Assembly (NCBI GenBank): GCA_965207615.1
Contig: CBDBMZ010000003.1
Location: 1,069,855-1,133,854 of the forward strand
Direction: 5' to 3'
Source: Vicinamibacterales bacterium
GTDB taxonomy: Bacteria; Acidobacteriota; Vicinamibacteria; Vicinamibacterales; UBA8438
Length of the DNA stretch: 64,000 bases
Shown here: piece after piece, positions 17,804-28,648 of the stretch
How the letters are laid out: the number at the start of each line of letters is the position of its first letter
Numbering within the stretch: position 1 is the first letter of the stretch
The notes under the pieces: generated by a model
Database searches by the model: none
The model's input: only the letters and a program-made list of their open reading frames with translations
Told to the model about the DNA's origin: nothing
Translations under genes and position numbers: made by a program

Positions 17804-18077
17804 GACTGCTTCTCTCCGGTCACGCGGCCGCTAGAGAGGGGCTTTCCACCCTTCAATGGTACGACGAGCGCTCGCGGAGTGTCCACCGGCGGCCGCACCA
17901 CGGGGACACTTCCGTCTATCGGCAGATGCGCGCCTCCCCGACAGGCCGCGGCGGCCGCTCGGCAACGAGCGTTCGACCGCCTCGCGCGCAAACGGCGCGA
18001 ACCGATGCGCCGTCGAAGGCGACGGTGGGCGGGCCAGGCTCGGCACGGTCCCCCCGGACGCTGGTAGACTGGATGCG

Positions 18078-19253
<1,176 letters not shown>

Positions 19254-19255
19254 CC

Positions 19256-20323
19256 ATGCGGGTGGTCGTCGCGATGTCGGGCGGCGTCGACTCCTCGGTC
19301 GCCGCCCTGCGGCTGGTCGAGGCGGGGCACGAGGTCGTCGGCCTGTCGATGCAGCTCTACGACCAGCAGCAGGGCGCGGCGCGTTTCGGCGGCTGCTGCT
19401 CGCTCGACGACCTGCACGACGCACGCCGCACCGCCGCCGCCCTCGGCATCCCGCACTACACGATGAACTTCGAGCGGCAGTTCGAGGCCGCGGTGGTGTC
19501 GACGTTCGTCCGCGAGTACGCGGCGGGCCGCACCCCGATTCCCTGCGTCCAGTGCAACGGCGACCTCAAGTTCGCCCACCTTCTGGAGCGAGCGGCCGCG
19601 CTGGGGGCCGACTGCGTCGCCACCGGCCACTACGCGCGCCGCACCGTGGCGGCCGGACCCGGCCAACCCCACGCCCTCCAACGCGGCCTCGACCCGGCCA
19701 AGGATCAGTCCTATTTCCTCTTCACGCTGACCCAGGACCAGCTCGCGCGAGCCCGGTTCCCGGTCGGACACCTGCGCAAGGAGGAGGTGCGGGACCTCGC
19801 CCGGCGGGGCGGGCTGCCGGTCGCCGACAAGCCCGACAGCCAGGAGCTGTGCTTCGTCCCCGACGGCGACACCGCCGGGCTGGTCGAGGCTCGGGAGCCG
19901 GCGGTGGCCCGGCCCGGACCGATACGCGACCGGCAGGGGCGGGAGATTGGCCGCCACGAGGGCGTCCACCGCTACACGGTCGGCCAGCGCAAGGGCCTGA
20001 AGCTGTCGACCAGGGTGCCGTTGTATGTCGTGGACATCGACGCGCCGACGAACGCGGTGACCGTCGGCCCGCGGGAGGCGCTGGACCGCACCGCCCTCAC
20101 CGCCTCGTCGGTCAACTGGATCGCGGGCTCGCCCCCGGACGGCGACGGTCGCGTCACCGCCCGTATCCGGCATCGCCACCCCGACGCGTCTGCGCGGGTC
20201 GAGCTCCTTCCCGGCGACCGGGTCAACGTAGCATTCGACCGACCCCAGCGCGCGATCGCCCCGGGTCAGGCGGTGGTTTTCTACGACGGCGACACGGTGC
20301 TCGGGGGCGGGTGGATAGATTGA
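19256..20323 (+). CDS. mnmA: tRNA-specific 2-thiouridylase
   Basis: The PP-loop ([10 protein letters not shown]), [10 protein letters not shown] and DQSYFL are present. The gene starts 2 nt after the iscS stop. Confidence 0.9.
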   Translation: MRVVVAMSGGVDSSVAALRLVEAGHEVVGLSMQLYDQQQGAARFGGCCSLDDLHDARRTAAALGIPHYTMNFERQFEAAVVSTFVREYAAGRTPIPCVQCNGDLKFAHLLERAAALGADCVATGHYARRTVAAGPGQPHALQRGLDPAKDQSYFLFTLTQDQLARARFPVGHLRKEEVRDLARRGGLPVADKPDSQELCFVPDGDTAGLVEAREPAVARPGPIRDRQGREIGRHEGVHRYTVGQRKGLKLSTRVPLYVVDIDAPTNAVTVGPREALDRTALTASSVNWIAGSPPDGDGRVTARIRHRHPDASARVELLPGDRVNVAFDRPQRAIAPGQAVVFYDGDTVLGGGWID

Positions 20324-20426
20324 CGGGAACGCGTCGAAGGAGTGGTTCGCGGCCGGCGCTCCCAGGCGAGGTGCGGACGTTGCGTCCGTCCGGCGGCGGC
20401 ACCGACGAGCTCGTCACGCCCCCGCG

Positions 20427-21344
20427 CTACAGCGACTCGAGATAGCGTTCGGCGTCGATGGCCGCCATGCAGCCGGTACCGGCGGCGGTGATCGCCTGCC
20501 GGTAGACATGGTCCTGCACGTCGCCGCAGGCGAACACGCCGGGAACGCTGGTGCGCGTGCCGTTCCCCGCCACGATGTAGCCGTTGGCGTCCAACTCGAC
20601 CTGCCCCTCGAAGAGACGGGTGTTGGGCGTATGGCCGATGGCGACGAAGACGCCGTCGACGGCGAGCTCCCGGGTCGCGCCCGTCTCGCGGTTCCGCACG
20701 AGGGCGCCGGTCACCACGCCCTTGTCGACGTCCTTCACCTCGACCAGCTCGGTGTTCCACTCGAAGGCGATCTTGGGGTTGGCGAACGCCTTGTCCTGCA
20801 TGATCTTCGACGCCCGGAGCCGGTCGCGCCGGTGGAGGACGGTGACCTGCGAGGCGAACTTGGTGAGGAAGATGGCCTCCTCCATGGCCGAGTCTCCACC
20901 CCCGACGACCGCGATCGGCTTCTCCCGGAAGAAGTAGCCGTCGCAGGTGGCGCAGGTCGACACGCCGTGCCCCATCAGGGCGCGTTCCGACGGGAGCCCG
21001 AGCAGGCGGGCCGAGGCGCCGGTCGAGATGATGAGAGACCGCGCCTCGTGACCCTGCTCCCCCACGCGGACGACGAACGGGGACGACCCCAGCTCGACCG
21101 AGGTCACGTCGCCGGCCACGATCTCCGCCCCGAACCGCTCCGCCTGCGCCCGCATCTCGGCCATGAGCTCGGGCCCCATGATGCCGTCGCGGAATCCGGG
21201 GAAATTCTCGACCGCGGTGGTGAGCATCAGCTGCCCGCCTGACTCGAGTCCCTCGATGACCAGCGGCTCCAGGTTGGCCCGCGCCGCGTACAGGGCGGCG
21301 GTGAGTCCGGCCGGTCCGGACCCGATGATGATCACGTTGCGCAT
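20427..21344 (-). CDS. trxB: thioredoxin-disulfide reductase
   Basis: The motifs [17 protein letters not shown], the redox centre CATCDG and [10 protein letters not shown] are present. Confidence 0.9.
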   Translation of the reverse strand: MRNVIIIGSGPAGLTAALYAARANLEPLVIEGLESGGQLMLTTAVENFPGFRDGIMGPELMAEMRAQAERFGAEIVAGDVTSVELGSSPFVVRVGEQGHEARSLIISTGASARLLGLPSERALMGHGVSTCATCDGYFFREKPIAVVGGGDSAMEEAIFLTKFASQVTVLHRRDRLRASKIMQDKAFANPKIAFEWNTELVEVKDVDKGVVTGALVRNRETGATRELAVDGVFVAIGHTPNTRLFEGQVELDANGYIVAGNGTRTSVPGVFACGDVQDHVYRQAITAAGTGCMAAIDAERYLESL

Positions 21345-21354
21345 CCGGAATGAT

Positions 21355-21438
21355 CCTCCAAGCCCGTCAAGCGTCGCCCGCGGCTCCGCTGGGCGCCCAA
21401 CCAGTCCCTCCGAGAGCCGGCGCCCCGGAGCGGCGGGA
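21355..21438 (+). repeat. single, partly degenerate unit of the intergenic repeat family
   Basis: AGCCCGtCaAgCGTCGCCcgCGGCTCCGCtGGGCGCCCAACCAgtCC is followed by a weaker CTCCG...CGGAG hairpin. It lies between the dacC stop and the trxB start, in the same orientation as the other copies. Confidence 0.7.
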
Positions 21439-21440
21439 CA

Positions 21441-22385
21441 TCAGTCGGCGGCGGGCGAGAGCAGCACGCGGGCGCGGCGCGTAAGCCAGTCCACGAGGCG
21501 CCGTGTCTCCTGGAAGCGTCCCGCGTTGGATCGGGCCCCCAGCACGACCACCGAGACCGCGCGGTCACCGACCCTGATCAGCGTCGCCAGGCAGTAGCCC
21601 GCCTCGTTGATGTAGCCGGTCTTCCCCCCCACCACGTCCGGCCGGCTGTCGAGCAGGCGGTTGGTGTTGCGGACGACGCGGTTCTGACGGCTGGTGCTGA
21701 TGCGATGGGAGCGCTTGCGCATGATGCGCGCGATCTCGGGCTCGCGGCCGGCCGCCGCAATCAGCCGGGACACGTCGTGGGCGGACGACACGTTGCCCTC
21801 GTGCAGCCCCGACGGGTCCGTGAACCGCGTCTGCTCGAGTCCGAGCTCGGCCGCCATCGCGTTCATGCGGCTGATGAAGCGCTTCGTCCCCCACCGCGAT
21901 GCCCGCGCCAGCACGCGGGCGGCCACGTTGTCGGACGCCACGAGGGCGAGGTGGACGAGGTCGCGCAGGCTGACCCGCTCGCCCCGCCGCAGGTAGGTCG
22001 TCGACGCCCGGCGGACGTCGCGGCGCGAGATGACCACGTCGCGACTGAGATCGGGCTCCTGCTCGAGGAACAGCATCGCCGTCATCACCTTGGTGATGCT
22101 GGCGATGGGACGCGGCTCGCGCGCGTTCAGCTCCCACAGGGCGTCGCCGGTCACGGGATCGAAGACGATCGCCGCCGCGGCGCGCACACGCGGAGACGGA
22201 ACGCCCTGGACCGATGCAGCCGCTTCCGCGCTCTCCGCCGGCGCGCCGGCGGAGAGCGGCGCGGGCAGGACGGCGGTTAGGCACGCGAGCACGAGCGCGG
22301 CCAGGACGACGCCGCCCGGACGTGCGGAGGCCGCCGATGCGCGACTCCGCCTTCCGGATGTCACGGGTCCGGTGGGCTCAGGCAC
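21441..22385 (-). CDS. dacC: D-alanyl-D-alanine carboxypeptidase (peptidase S11, PBP5/6-like)
   Basis: A signal peptide is followed by SITK (SxxK), SDN (SxN) and KTG motifs. Confidence 0.8.
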   Translation of the reverse strand: MPEPTGPVTSGRRSRASAASARPGGVVLAALVLACLTAVLPAPLSAGAPAESAEAAASVQGVPSPRVRAAAAIVFDPVTGDALWELNAREPRPIASITKVMTAMLFLEQEPDLSRDVVISRRDVRRASTTYLRRGERVSLRDLVHLALVASDNVAARVLARASRWGTKRFISRMNAMAAELGLEQTRFTDPSGLHEGNVSSAHDVSRLIAAAGREPEIARIMRKRSHRISTSRQNRVVRNTNRLLDSRPDVVGGKTGYINEAGYCLATLIRVGDRAVSVVVLGARSNAGRFQETRRLVDWLTRRARVLLSPAAD

Positions 22386-22432
22386 GGGCTGCGAAGGCTC
22401 CCCTGGGTTCGACCGCGCCGACGGGCTTCGGG

Positions 22433-23800
22433 TCAGTCCCCGATTTCTTCGGTCGCATTGGCCGGGGGACGCGGCAGCGTGTAGTGGGTGCGCGCCCGGA
22501 CCTCCAGTCCTTCCCGACCGGGCACGTCGATGCGCAGCCGGCGCGTTCTCACCGTCGGGTCGGGGTTGGTGGTGTAGAAACCGAGGACGTAGTAGTCGCT
22601 AGTCTCCGCGTCGACCTCGCGAAGCGCGTCGTCGAAGTCGTTGCGATTGACTATCGCCCGGCCGCCGGTCAGCTCCGAAAGCATGCGCAGGGTGCCCTGG
22701 GTCTGGAACATGTGCCGGGTCCACTCGCCGATCATGAGCTGCGGCACGTCGAGGTCGGGTCCCGCCACCAGGCCGCGCGGGTCGAGGGTGTAGAACGAGG
22801 TGTTCGCCCGGTTGGCCGACCGCGCCAGCTCCGCGACCTCGAAGCTGAGGTCGAGGTTGGCGAACTGCTGCCCCTGGCGCAACTGCCGCTCGAAGGGGTC
22901 GGTCCTCGGATCGGGGAGGTCTCCGTAGAGCTGATCGTATTCCTGGCTGGACAAGCCGGAACTGTTCAGCCGCTGCTGCTGGAACAGGCCGCCGTACATG
23001 CGCGACTCGGGGAACGGATCGAAGTCGTAGCCTTCGCTGATGTAGAGGAATACCTTGCGGCGGTCGTGCACCCGCTCGAGGTTGCGCAGCACCGAGCGCG
23101 CGGTCTTGAACGCCACGTGGGCGCGGTACAGGACCTCCGACGGCCCCCGCGCCGTGTCCATGATCATCAACTGGTCGCGCACGCTAAGCGCGTCGCCCAT
23201 GATGCGGTTGCCCGCGGCGTAGAGCAACTCGCGATCGTAGGTCATGTCGATGGAGAGGGACGACGGGCCGGTCGAGATGATGCCGAACAGGTCGCCCTCG
23301 TGGACCAGGTGGTCCCCGATCTGCTCGAAGATCTGGCGTATCTTGGGGGTCCGCGACGGGGTCAGGTGCAGGTCGTCGACGAAGAGCACGAAGATGCGGC
23401 CGGCGGTGTTGTCGACGGGCCGCGACGAGGGCAGAATGATGCCTTCCTGAGCCGCCGGCGCCGGCTGCAGGTGGTTGTAGACGCGCCCCCCGTGCACCAG
23501 CACCATCGTGACGAGTCGCTGTTCTATCTCGTCCTCGAAGACACGGAAGTCCCGCTGAGTGAGATCGGGAACGAACACCCCGTCGCCGTCGCGCACGATG
23601 ACGTCGGTCGTGACCAGGGTCACCCCGGTCTGGAAGGTCGGCTGCCCGTCGCCGATCTGGCCGACGGTGGTTTCCCCCGGCTCGGGCGGCAGGCCCCGCG
23701 GCTCCTGTTGCTGGGCCGACAGAGCCGTGAAGACGGCAGCGGTGACGGCGACGGCGCCGACACCGACTCGTGCGCTGCGACCGAAATCTGTCATTCCCAT
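22433..23800 (-). CDS. VWFA domain protein (Acidobacteria-type VWFA-related family)
   Basis: The start is taken at MGMTDFG. After a signal-like N-terminus come VIVRDGDGVFVPDLTQRDFRVFEDEIEQ and IFVLFVDDLH, which are characteristic of the family. Confidence 0.7.
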   Translation of the reverse strand: MGMTDFGRSARVGVGAVAVTAAVFTALSAQQQEPRGLPPEPGETTVGQIGDGQPTFQTGVTLVTTDVIVRDGDGVFVPDLTQRDFRVFEDEIEQRLVTMVLVHGGRVYNHLQPAPAAQEGIILPSSRPVDNTAGRIFVLFVDDLHLTPSRTPKIRQIFEQIGDHLVHEGDLFGIISTGPSSLSIDMTYDRELLYAAGNRIMGDALSVRDQLMIMDTARGPSEVLYRAHVAFKTARSVLRNLERVHDRRKVFLYISEGYDFDPFPESRMYGGLFQQQRLNSSGLSSQEYDQLYGDLPDPRTDPFERQLRQGQQFANLDLSFEVAELARSANRANTSFYTLDPRGLVAGPDLDVPQLMIGEWTRHMFQTQGTLRMLSELTGGRAIVNRNDFDDALREVDAETSDYYVLGFYTTNPDPTVRTRRLRIDVPGREGLEVRARTHYTLPRPPANATEEIGD

Positions 23801-23806
23801 TCGCGC

Positions 23807-23815
23807 ATTATAGCA
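23807..23815 (-). promoter_or_regulatory. extended -10 box (TGcTATAAT) 6 nt upstream of the VWFA ATG; candidate leaderless promoter
   Basis: The minus strand reads CACTTTGCTATAATGCGCGA-ATG. No Shine-Dalgarno sequence fits in the 6-nt gap. Confidence 0.5.
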
Positions 23816-23894
23816 AAGTGCGGCAATGCGCCGGGCGGCCGCGGCGGCCGCCACGACCCCCGGGGCCGCGCGCGGCAGCCGGCCGCCGCGCGGG

Positions 23895-24479
23895 TCACGC
23901 GGGATCGGAATCCGGCTCGGCCGGGGGCGCCGGCGTCGCCACCGCAGCCGGAGCGGATCGTTCGTCCCCCCCGCCTCCTCCGCGCCCCCGGCGCCTCCGT
24001 CGGCGGCGGACGGGCCGGGCCACCGGCGCCCCGGTGGTCTCGTCGGGCGTGACCGGCGGCTCCCCGGCGCCGGGCTCCGACCCCGGCGCGGCAATCGCCC
24101 CGGCGGCCGGCCCGGCCTCCGCCGACGATCGCTCCGGGGCCGCCGCGGCGCCGGCCGTGGCGCCGGCGCTCCCGGCGGTGGCCCCCCGGCCCCGGCGACG
24201 CGACCGGCGCTCCCTCCGTTCCTGGCTGCCGTGGTCCGGCGCGACCGCGGGCGGCTTCGCCTTCAGGATCTCCTCCCAATCGAAGGTCAGATGGGGATTC
24301 GACGCCTCGATGTCGCGAATCGCCTCGTCGTCGAGCGCAGGTCGGCCGACCGCGATGTCCGGCGGGGTTCGGAACCAGTACAGGACCCGCATGCGGACGA
24401 TGCCGTCCCCCCGAAACGTATGGCAGAGGTAGGTGTTGGCGTAGCCGCGCTTGTCGCGCGAGAACCGAAGGAAAGGCAT
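23895..24479 (-). CDS. hypothetical protein with a compact N-terminal domain and a long Arg/Gly/Ala-rich disordered tail
   Basis: The start is taken at MPFLRFSRDKRGYANTYLCHTFRG. The C-terminal half is low complexity ([14 protein letters not shown]). I do not recognise a family. Confidence 0.45.
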   Translation of the reverse strand: MPFLRFSRDKRGYANTYLCHTFRGDGIVRMRVLYWFRTPPDIAVGRPALDDEAIRDIEASNPHLTFDWEEILKAKPPAVAPDHGSQERRERRSRRRGRGATAGSAGATAGAAAAPERSSAEAGPAAGAIAAPGSEPGAGEPPVTPDETTGAPVARPVRRRRRRRGRGGGGGDERSAPAAVATPAPPAEPDSDPA

Positions 24480-24548
24480 CCGATCCGCAGCCGGGCCCCG
24501 GGAAGAGGACTCCCGGCGGTGTCCGGAGACGAGAGTACAGTAGCATGA

Positions 24549-25646
24549 ATGGCGAACCCTATCCAAGCCGACCGCCTTGCTTCCGGTCCTTCCCCGTCAG
24601 GAGCTCTCCCCGTGAACGATCGCTTTCTCAAGGCGTGCCGCCGCGAGCCGGTGGACGCGACCCCGGTGTGGTTCATGCGGCAGGCGGGGCGGTACATGAG
24701 CGCCTACCGCGGGCTCCGCGAGCGCTATACCCTGCTCGAGATCTGCCGGCAGCCGGAGCTCGCGGCCGAGGTGACCCTGCAGCCGGTCGACGCCATCGAC
24801 GTCGACGCCGCCATCCTGTTCTCGGACCTGCTGCTCCCCCTCGAGCCGATGGGCATCCCCTTCGACTTCGTGAAGGGCGAGGGCCCGGTCATCGATCCCC
24901 CCGTACGCTCGGTCGAGCGCATCGACCGGCTCCGCGTCTTCGAGCCCCGCGAGGCGCTCGGGCACGTGCTGGACACCATACGGCTCCTCCGCCTGCGGCT
25001 CGCGGATCGGGTGCCTCTCATCGGGTTCTCGGGAGCGCCGTTCACCCTCGCCTCGTACGCCATCGAGGGAGGCCCCTCGAGCAACTACGCTCGGACCAAG
25101 GCCTTGATGTACGGCGAGCCCGAGGCCTGGCACCGGCTCGCGGACACCTTCGCCACCGTCGTCGGCGACTACCTGGTGGCCCAGATCGAGGCCGGAGTGC
25201 AGGCGGTGCAGGTGTTCGACTCCTGGGTCGGCGCCCTCTCCCCCGAGGACTACCGCGAGTTCGCGCTGCCCCACACGCGGAAGATCTTCGACGCGGTGAG
25301 GCCCGGCGGGGTTCCCATGCTGCACTTCGGCACCGGCACCGCAACCCTGCTGCCGGCGATGCGTGAAGCGGGGGGCGACGTGATCGGCCTGGATTGGCGC
25401 ATTCCCCTCGACGAAGGCTGGGAGCTCCTCGGCGAGGACTGCGCCGTCCAGGGCAACCTCGACCCGACGCTGCTGCTCGGCCCCGTCGAGCGCCTGCTGC
25501 GCGGCGCCTTCGACGTGTTGCGCCGGGCCCGGGGGCGCGCCGGCCACGTGTTCAACCTCGGTCACGGCATCCTGCCCGGCACCAGTCTCGAGCACGTGCA
25601 GTTGCTCGCCCGCTTCGTGCACGAGCGGAGCGCGACGCCGTGGTGA
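24549..25646 (+). CDS. hemE: uroporphyrinogen decarboxylase
   Basis: The motifs PVWFMRQAGRYM, ILFSDLL and NLGHGILP are present. The true start may be the downstream GTG (VNDRFLKA). Confidence 0.9.
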   Translation: MANPIQADRLASGPSPSGALPVNDRFLKACRREPVDATPVWFMRQAGRYMSAYRGLRERYTLLEICRQPELAAEVTLQPVDAIDVDAAILFSDLLLPLEPMGIPFDFVKGEGPVIDPPVRSVERIDRLRVFEPREALGHVLDTIRLLRLRLADRVPLIGFSGAPFTLASYAIEGGPSSNYARTKALMYGEPEAWHRLADTFATVVGDYLVAQIEAGVQAVQVFDSWVGALSPEDYREFALPHTRKIFDAVRPGGVPMLHFGTGTATLLPAMREAGGDVIGLDWRIPLDEGWELLGEDCAVQGNLDPTLLLGPVERLLRGAFDVLRRARGRAGHVFNLGHGILPGTSLEHVQLLARFVHERSATPW

Positions 25647-25668
25647 GGGCCCCCACCGGCGGCGGACC

Positions 25669-27045
25669 ATGACGGACGTAGACGTGGCGGTGGTCGGCGG
25701 CGGGATGGCGGGCCTCGCCGCCGCCTACGAGTTGCAGCGGCGGGGCGCCTCGTTCGTGCTGATCGAGGCGGCGCCGCGGCCCGGCGGCGTGGTCCGCACC
25801 GAGCGCGTCGACGGGTTCACCCTCGACGCGGGACCCGACTCGCTGCTCGTGCAGAAGCCGGCCGCCATCGAGCTGTGCCGGGAGCTCGGGCTCGAAGATC
25901 GGTTGCTGTCCACGCTCGAGCCCCGCGCCGCCTACGTGCTGCGCGGCCGGCTGCGCCGCATTCCCGAGGCTTCCGTCCTCGGCATACCGACCGCCGTCGC
26001 CCCCTGGGTCGCCAGCCGCCTCCTTTCCCCCGCCGGCCGGCTGCGCCTCGCCGCGGACCTCTTCCTGCCGCGCGGCGACGGCTCGGACGAGTCGGTGGGA
26101 AGCTTCTTTCGCCGGCGCTTCGGCTGCGAGGCCGTCGAGTACATCGCCGACCCCCTGCTCGCCGGCATCCACGCCGGCGACGTCGACCAACTGTCGATGC
26201 CGGCCTTGTTCCCCCGCCTCGCGGAGGCCGAACGCGCCTGCGGCAGCGTGATCCGCGGGCTCCGGCAACTGCGCCGCGCGGCCCCGCGCCCGGCCGGCGG
26301 ACTGTTCCGCTCGCTGCCCGGCGGCATCGAGGAACTGGCGGCGGCCCTGGCGGCGGCCCTGCCCGCTGCCGCGATCCGCTGCGGAGCCCGGGCCGTCGCC
26401 CTCGTCGGTCCGTCTCCCTACACGGTGCGCCTGTCGGCCGGCGAGCCGGTCTCCGCCCGGCGCGTCATCCTCGCCACCCCCGCCTATGTCACCGCAACCC
26501 TCGTCCAGCCCCTCGACGACCGGCTGGCGGCGCTGTGCGACGGGATTCCCTACACCTCGACGGCAACCGTGCTCCTCGCCTATCCGCGGCCGGCGTTGCA
26601 GCGGCAACCGCGGGGATCGGGATTCGTGGTGCCGCGCCGAGAGCGCGCGGTTCCCCTGATGGCGGGATCCTGGGTGACCTCGAAGTGGCCCGGGCGGGCC
26701 CCGGACGGACAGGTGCTGCTGCGCGGATTCCTGGGAGGGGCGCGCGACCCGCGCGTCGACGAATGCTCCGACGACGAGCTCATCGACAGGACCCACGGAG
26801 CCTTCGCCCGCCTGCTCGGGATCGGCCGCCGTCCCCATCTCGCACGCGTCTACCGGTGGGAACGGGCGAACCCCCAGCACAACGTCGGACATCTCGCGCG
26901 GCTCGCGGCCATCGAGGCGCGACTCGGCCGCAGTCCCGGACTATTCGTCACCGGCGCCGGTTTTCGCGGCGTCGGCATTCCCGACTGCGTGGCCGACGGC
27001 CGGGCGGTCGCGAGGCAAGCGGTGGAATGGGGGGCAGCGGGCTGA
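25669..27045 (+). CDS. hemY: protoporphyrinogen/coproporphyrinogen III oxidase (HemY/CgoX type, FAD-dependent)
   Basis: The N-terminal dinucleotide fold is VAVVGGGMAGLAAAYEL. The 458-aa amine-oxidase-like protein sits directly after hemE. Confidence 0.85.
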   Translation: MTDVDVAVVGGGMAGLAAAYELQRRGASFVLIEAAPRPGGVVRTERVDGFTLDAGPDSLLVQKPAAIELCRELGLEDRLLSTLEPRAAYVLRGRLRRIPEASVLGIPTAVAPWVASRLLSPAGRLRLAADLFLPRGDGSDESVGSFFRRRFGCEAVEYIADPLLAGIHAGDVDQLSMPALFPRLAEAERACGSVIRGLRQLRRAAPRPAGGLFRSLPGGIEELAAALAAALPAAAIRCGARAVALVGPSPYTVRLSAGEPVSARRVILATPAYVTATLVQPLDDRLAALCDGIPYTSTATVLLAYPRPALQRQPRGSGFVVPRRERAVPLMAGSWVTSKWPGRAPDGQVLLRGFLGGARDPRVDECSDDELIDRTHGAFARLLGIGRRPHLARVYRWERANPQHNVGHLARLAAIEARLGRSPGLFVTGAGFRGVGIPDCVADGRAVARQAVEWGAAG

Positions 27046-27063
27046 ACTCGCCCGCGGATTGGG

Positions 27064-27387
27064 TCAATCACCGATATCGGCGTCGAGATCCGCATCGCCG
27101 CCGGTGACGTTGGCGTCGACGGCGTCGAGATCTATCTCGACCGCCGCCGCCTGCTTCGCCTTGGACTTCGCGGAGGCCGCCGCCTTGCGCTTGCGCGTCC
27201 GTTGGGGGCGCGCCGCGGGAGCCGGCTCGTTCGTCGGCTCGAGCTTGGCCAGGCTGGTCAGGAACTTCCGGACGGTGTTGTCGTCGAACTGGATCCGCGT
27301 GAAGGCATCCTCGACCGAGATGACCGATCCCGACCCGTAGGTCGGCTCGTGCACTCTGGCCCCCACCTCGAAGCGCTTCGTCGTCAC
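27064..27387 (-). CDS. small protein with a Tudor-like (UvrD/PcrA C-terminal, DUF3553-like) domain and basic-then-acidic tails
   Basis: KRFEVGARVHEPTYGSGSVISVEDAFTRIQFDDNTVRKF resembles the PcrA/UvrD C-terminal fold. It is followed by RTRKRKAAASAKSKAK and then an acidic DLDAVDANVTGGDADLDADIGD tail. The preferred start is the GTG at 27387 with GGAGAGAGAG upstream. The ORF track start at 27474 is the alternative. Confidence 0.5.
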   Translation of the reverse strand: MTTKRFEVGARVHEPTYGSGSVISVEDAFTRIQFDDNTVRKFLTSLAKLEPTNEPAPAARPQRTRKRKAAASAKSKAKQAAAVEIDLDAVDANVTGGDADLDADIGD

Positions 27388-27462
27388 CGGCTCTCTCTCC
27401 GCGTGATGCCACACGGACACCCACACGGCCCGCGCGGCGCCGTCCTTCCCGACCCCGATAGC

Positions 27463-27491
27463 GATAACTCGCACGTTATCAGAAAGTTATC
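27463..27491. promoter_or_regulatory. GATAAC / GTTATC inverted repeat plus an extra GTTATC direct copy
   Basis: GATAAC (27463-27468), 6 nt, GTTATC (27475-27480), 5 nt, GTTATC (27486-27491). The site lies upstream of the small Tudor-like gene. Confidence 0.3.
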
Positions 27492-27794
27492 CCAGGCGTC
27501 AAGCCGCTCGCGCCGCTCTGTCCTCCGCTTACCGGCCGCGCCCTCCGCGGCCGGGATGCTATAGTGCGAGAGGGTTCTCGCGTTGCCCGGCGACACGCGT
27601 CGCGTGCACCCCGAAGGCGTGACGTCACTTGGCCGTCAGCGGCGACCGTCAGGAATGCGGCGGCGCGTCACAGGAATCGGCGGCGTGTGGCCACAGTGCG
27701 TCACGCGGTCGCGGCGCCAAACCCAGAACCAGCTTGCCGAAGCGGACGCCGTCGGCAACCGTCCGTTTCGCCCAGGCGCAGGAGGCATCTTCAG

Positions 27795-28409
27795 ATGAGG
27801 ACAGTCCGGAAGTCCGGTTTCACGGCGGTGGCATTGACGGGAATGGCGGCACTGGCCGCCTGCGGCGGCTCTCCTCCGGAACCGGCGGAGACGGAGCCCG
27901 CCCCCGCAGAGGCCGCCGCGCCGCCCGAGATGCTCGGCGGCGGGGTCCTCACACCCGTCCACGACGGGCAGGCCGGCAGCCCGCACGTCCGTGTCGACTG
28001 GGAGGTCGACGGCGCGAACATCTCCATCACCTACGGCCGTCCCTACCTGAGGGATCGGACCGTCGGCGATACCGTCGAACCCCTCGACGGCTCGGTCTGG
28101 CGCCTCGGTGCCGACGAGGCCACGACCCTGGGGACCGACACCGACCTCATGGTGGGGGCCGTCCATGTCCCGGCTGGCGAGTACACCCTCTGGACACTGA
28201 CCACCGGCGACGCCACCGAGCTCATCGTCAACACCGAGACCGGCCAGTGGGGCACCGCCTACGACCCCGCGCACGATCTCGATCGCACCGAGATGACCGT
28301 CGGCACCCTCGACGCGCCGGCCGAGCAGTTGACGCTGTTCCTCGAGAACCGCGAGCTCCGCTTGGAGTGGGGCTCGATGGTGGCCTCGGTGCCGATAGTC
28401 GTGCACTGA
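27795..28409 (+). CDS. DUF2911-like secreted lipoprotein
   Basis: AGGAGG precedes the ATG at 27795. A lipobox (LAACGG) is present, and the pattern ISITYGRPYLRDR...VWRLGADEATTL...PAGEYTLW is typical of DUF2911. Confidence 0.6.
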   Translation: MRTVRKSGFTAVALTGMAALAACGGSPPEPAETEPAPAEAAAPPEMLGGGVLTPVHDGQAGSPHVRVDWEVDGANISITYGRPYLRDRTVGDTVEPLDGSVWRLGADEATTLGTDTDLMVGAVHVPAGEYTLWTLTTGDATELIVNTETGQWGTAYDPAHDLDRTEMTVGTLDAPAEQLTLFLENRELRLEWGSMVASVPIVVH

Positions 28410-28493
28410 GGTGCGGACGCCCGCGACGCGCCGACCCGGGACCGCGGCCTCGCCCTCCCGGGCCGGAGTTCGCAGCCTCGGCGTCGATTCCCG

Positions 28494-28568
28494 GGGCCGC
28501 TAGCTCAGAGGTAGAGCACCTGACTTTTAATCAGATGGTCGCTGGTTCGATCCCAGCGCGGCCCACCA
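28494..28568 (+). tRNA. tRNA-Lys (anticodon TTT)
   Basis: The cloverleaf folds by hand: acceptor GGGCCGC/GCGGCCC, D arm GCTC-AGAGGTA-GAGC, anticodon loop CTTTTAA, T arm GCTGG-TTCGATC-CCAGC, with an encoded CCA. Confidence 0.9.
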
Positions 28569-28648
28569 CGCTCGAGTGATTCGTCCACTTCGCAGGCTCC
28601 CGGTCGCCGCCCCGGCCCCTGCCCTCGTCTGTCCTGCCCACGCGAACG

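Noticed and set aside
14913-17834. Very long antisense or off-frame ORFs: 14913..17834 (+), 904..2757 (+), 30808..34884 (+), 41689..45015 (-), 59705..62470 (-), 7003..8367 (-), 55414..57021 (-) and many similar ones.
   Set aside because: Each overlaps genes with clear family motifs on the other strand or frame. Their products are dominated by R/G/P/A runs without recognisable domains. Long spurious ORFs are expected at this GC content because stop codons are rare.
17856-18077. N-terminal extensions offered by the ORF track for iscS (74 aa), mnmA (68 aa), purA (69 aa), coaBC, yicC, ald, the VWFA protein and others.
   Set aside because: The conserved family N-termini begin at internal ATG or GTG codons, which often overlap or abut the upstream stop codon. 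The extensions are low-complexity and overlap neighbouring genes.
23826-24548. A 240-aa + strand ORF upstream of hemE.
   Set aside because: It runs antisense to the MPFLRFSRDKRGY hypothetical gene. It is composed almost entirely of R/G/P/A, has no SD sequence and shows no domain signature.
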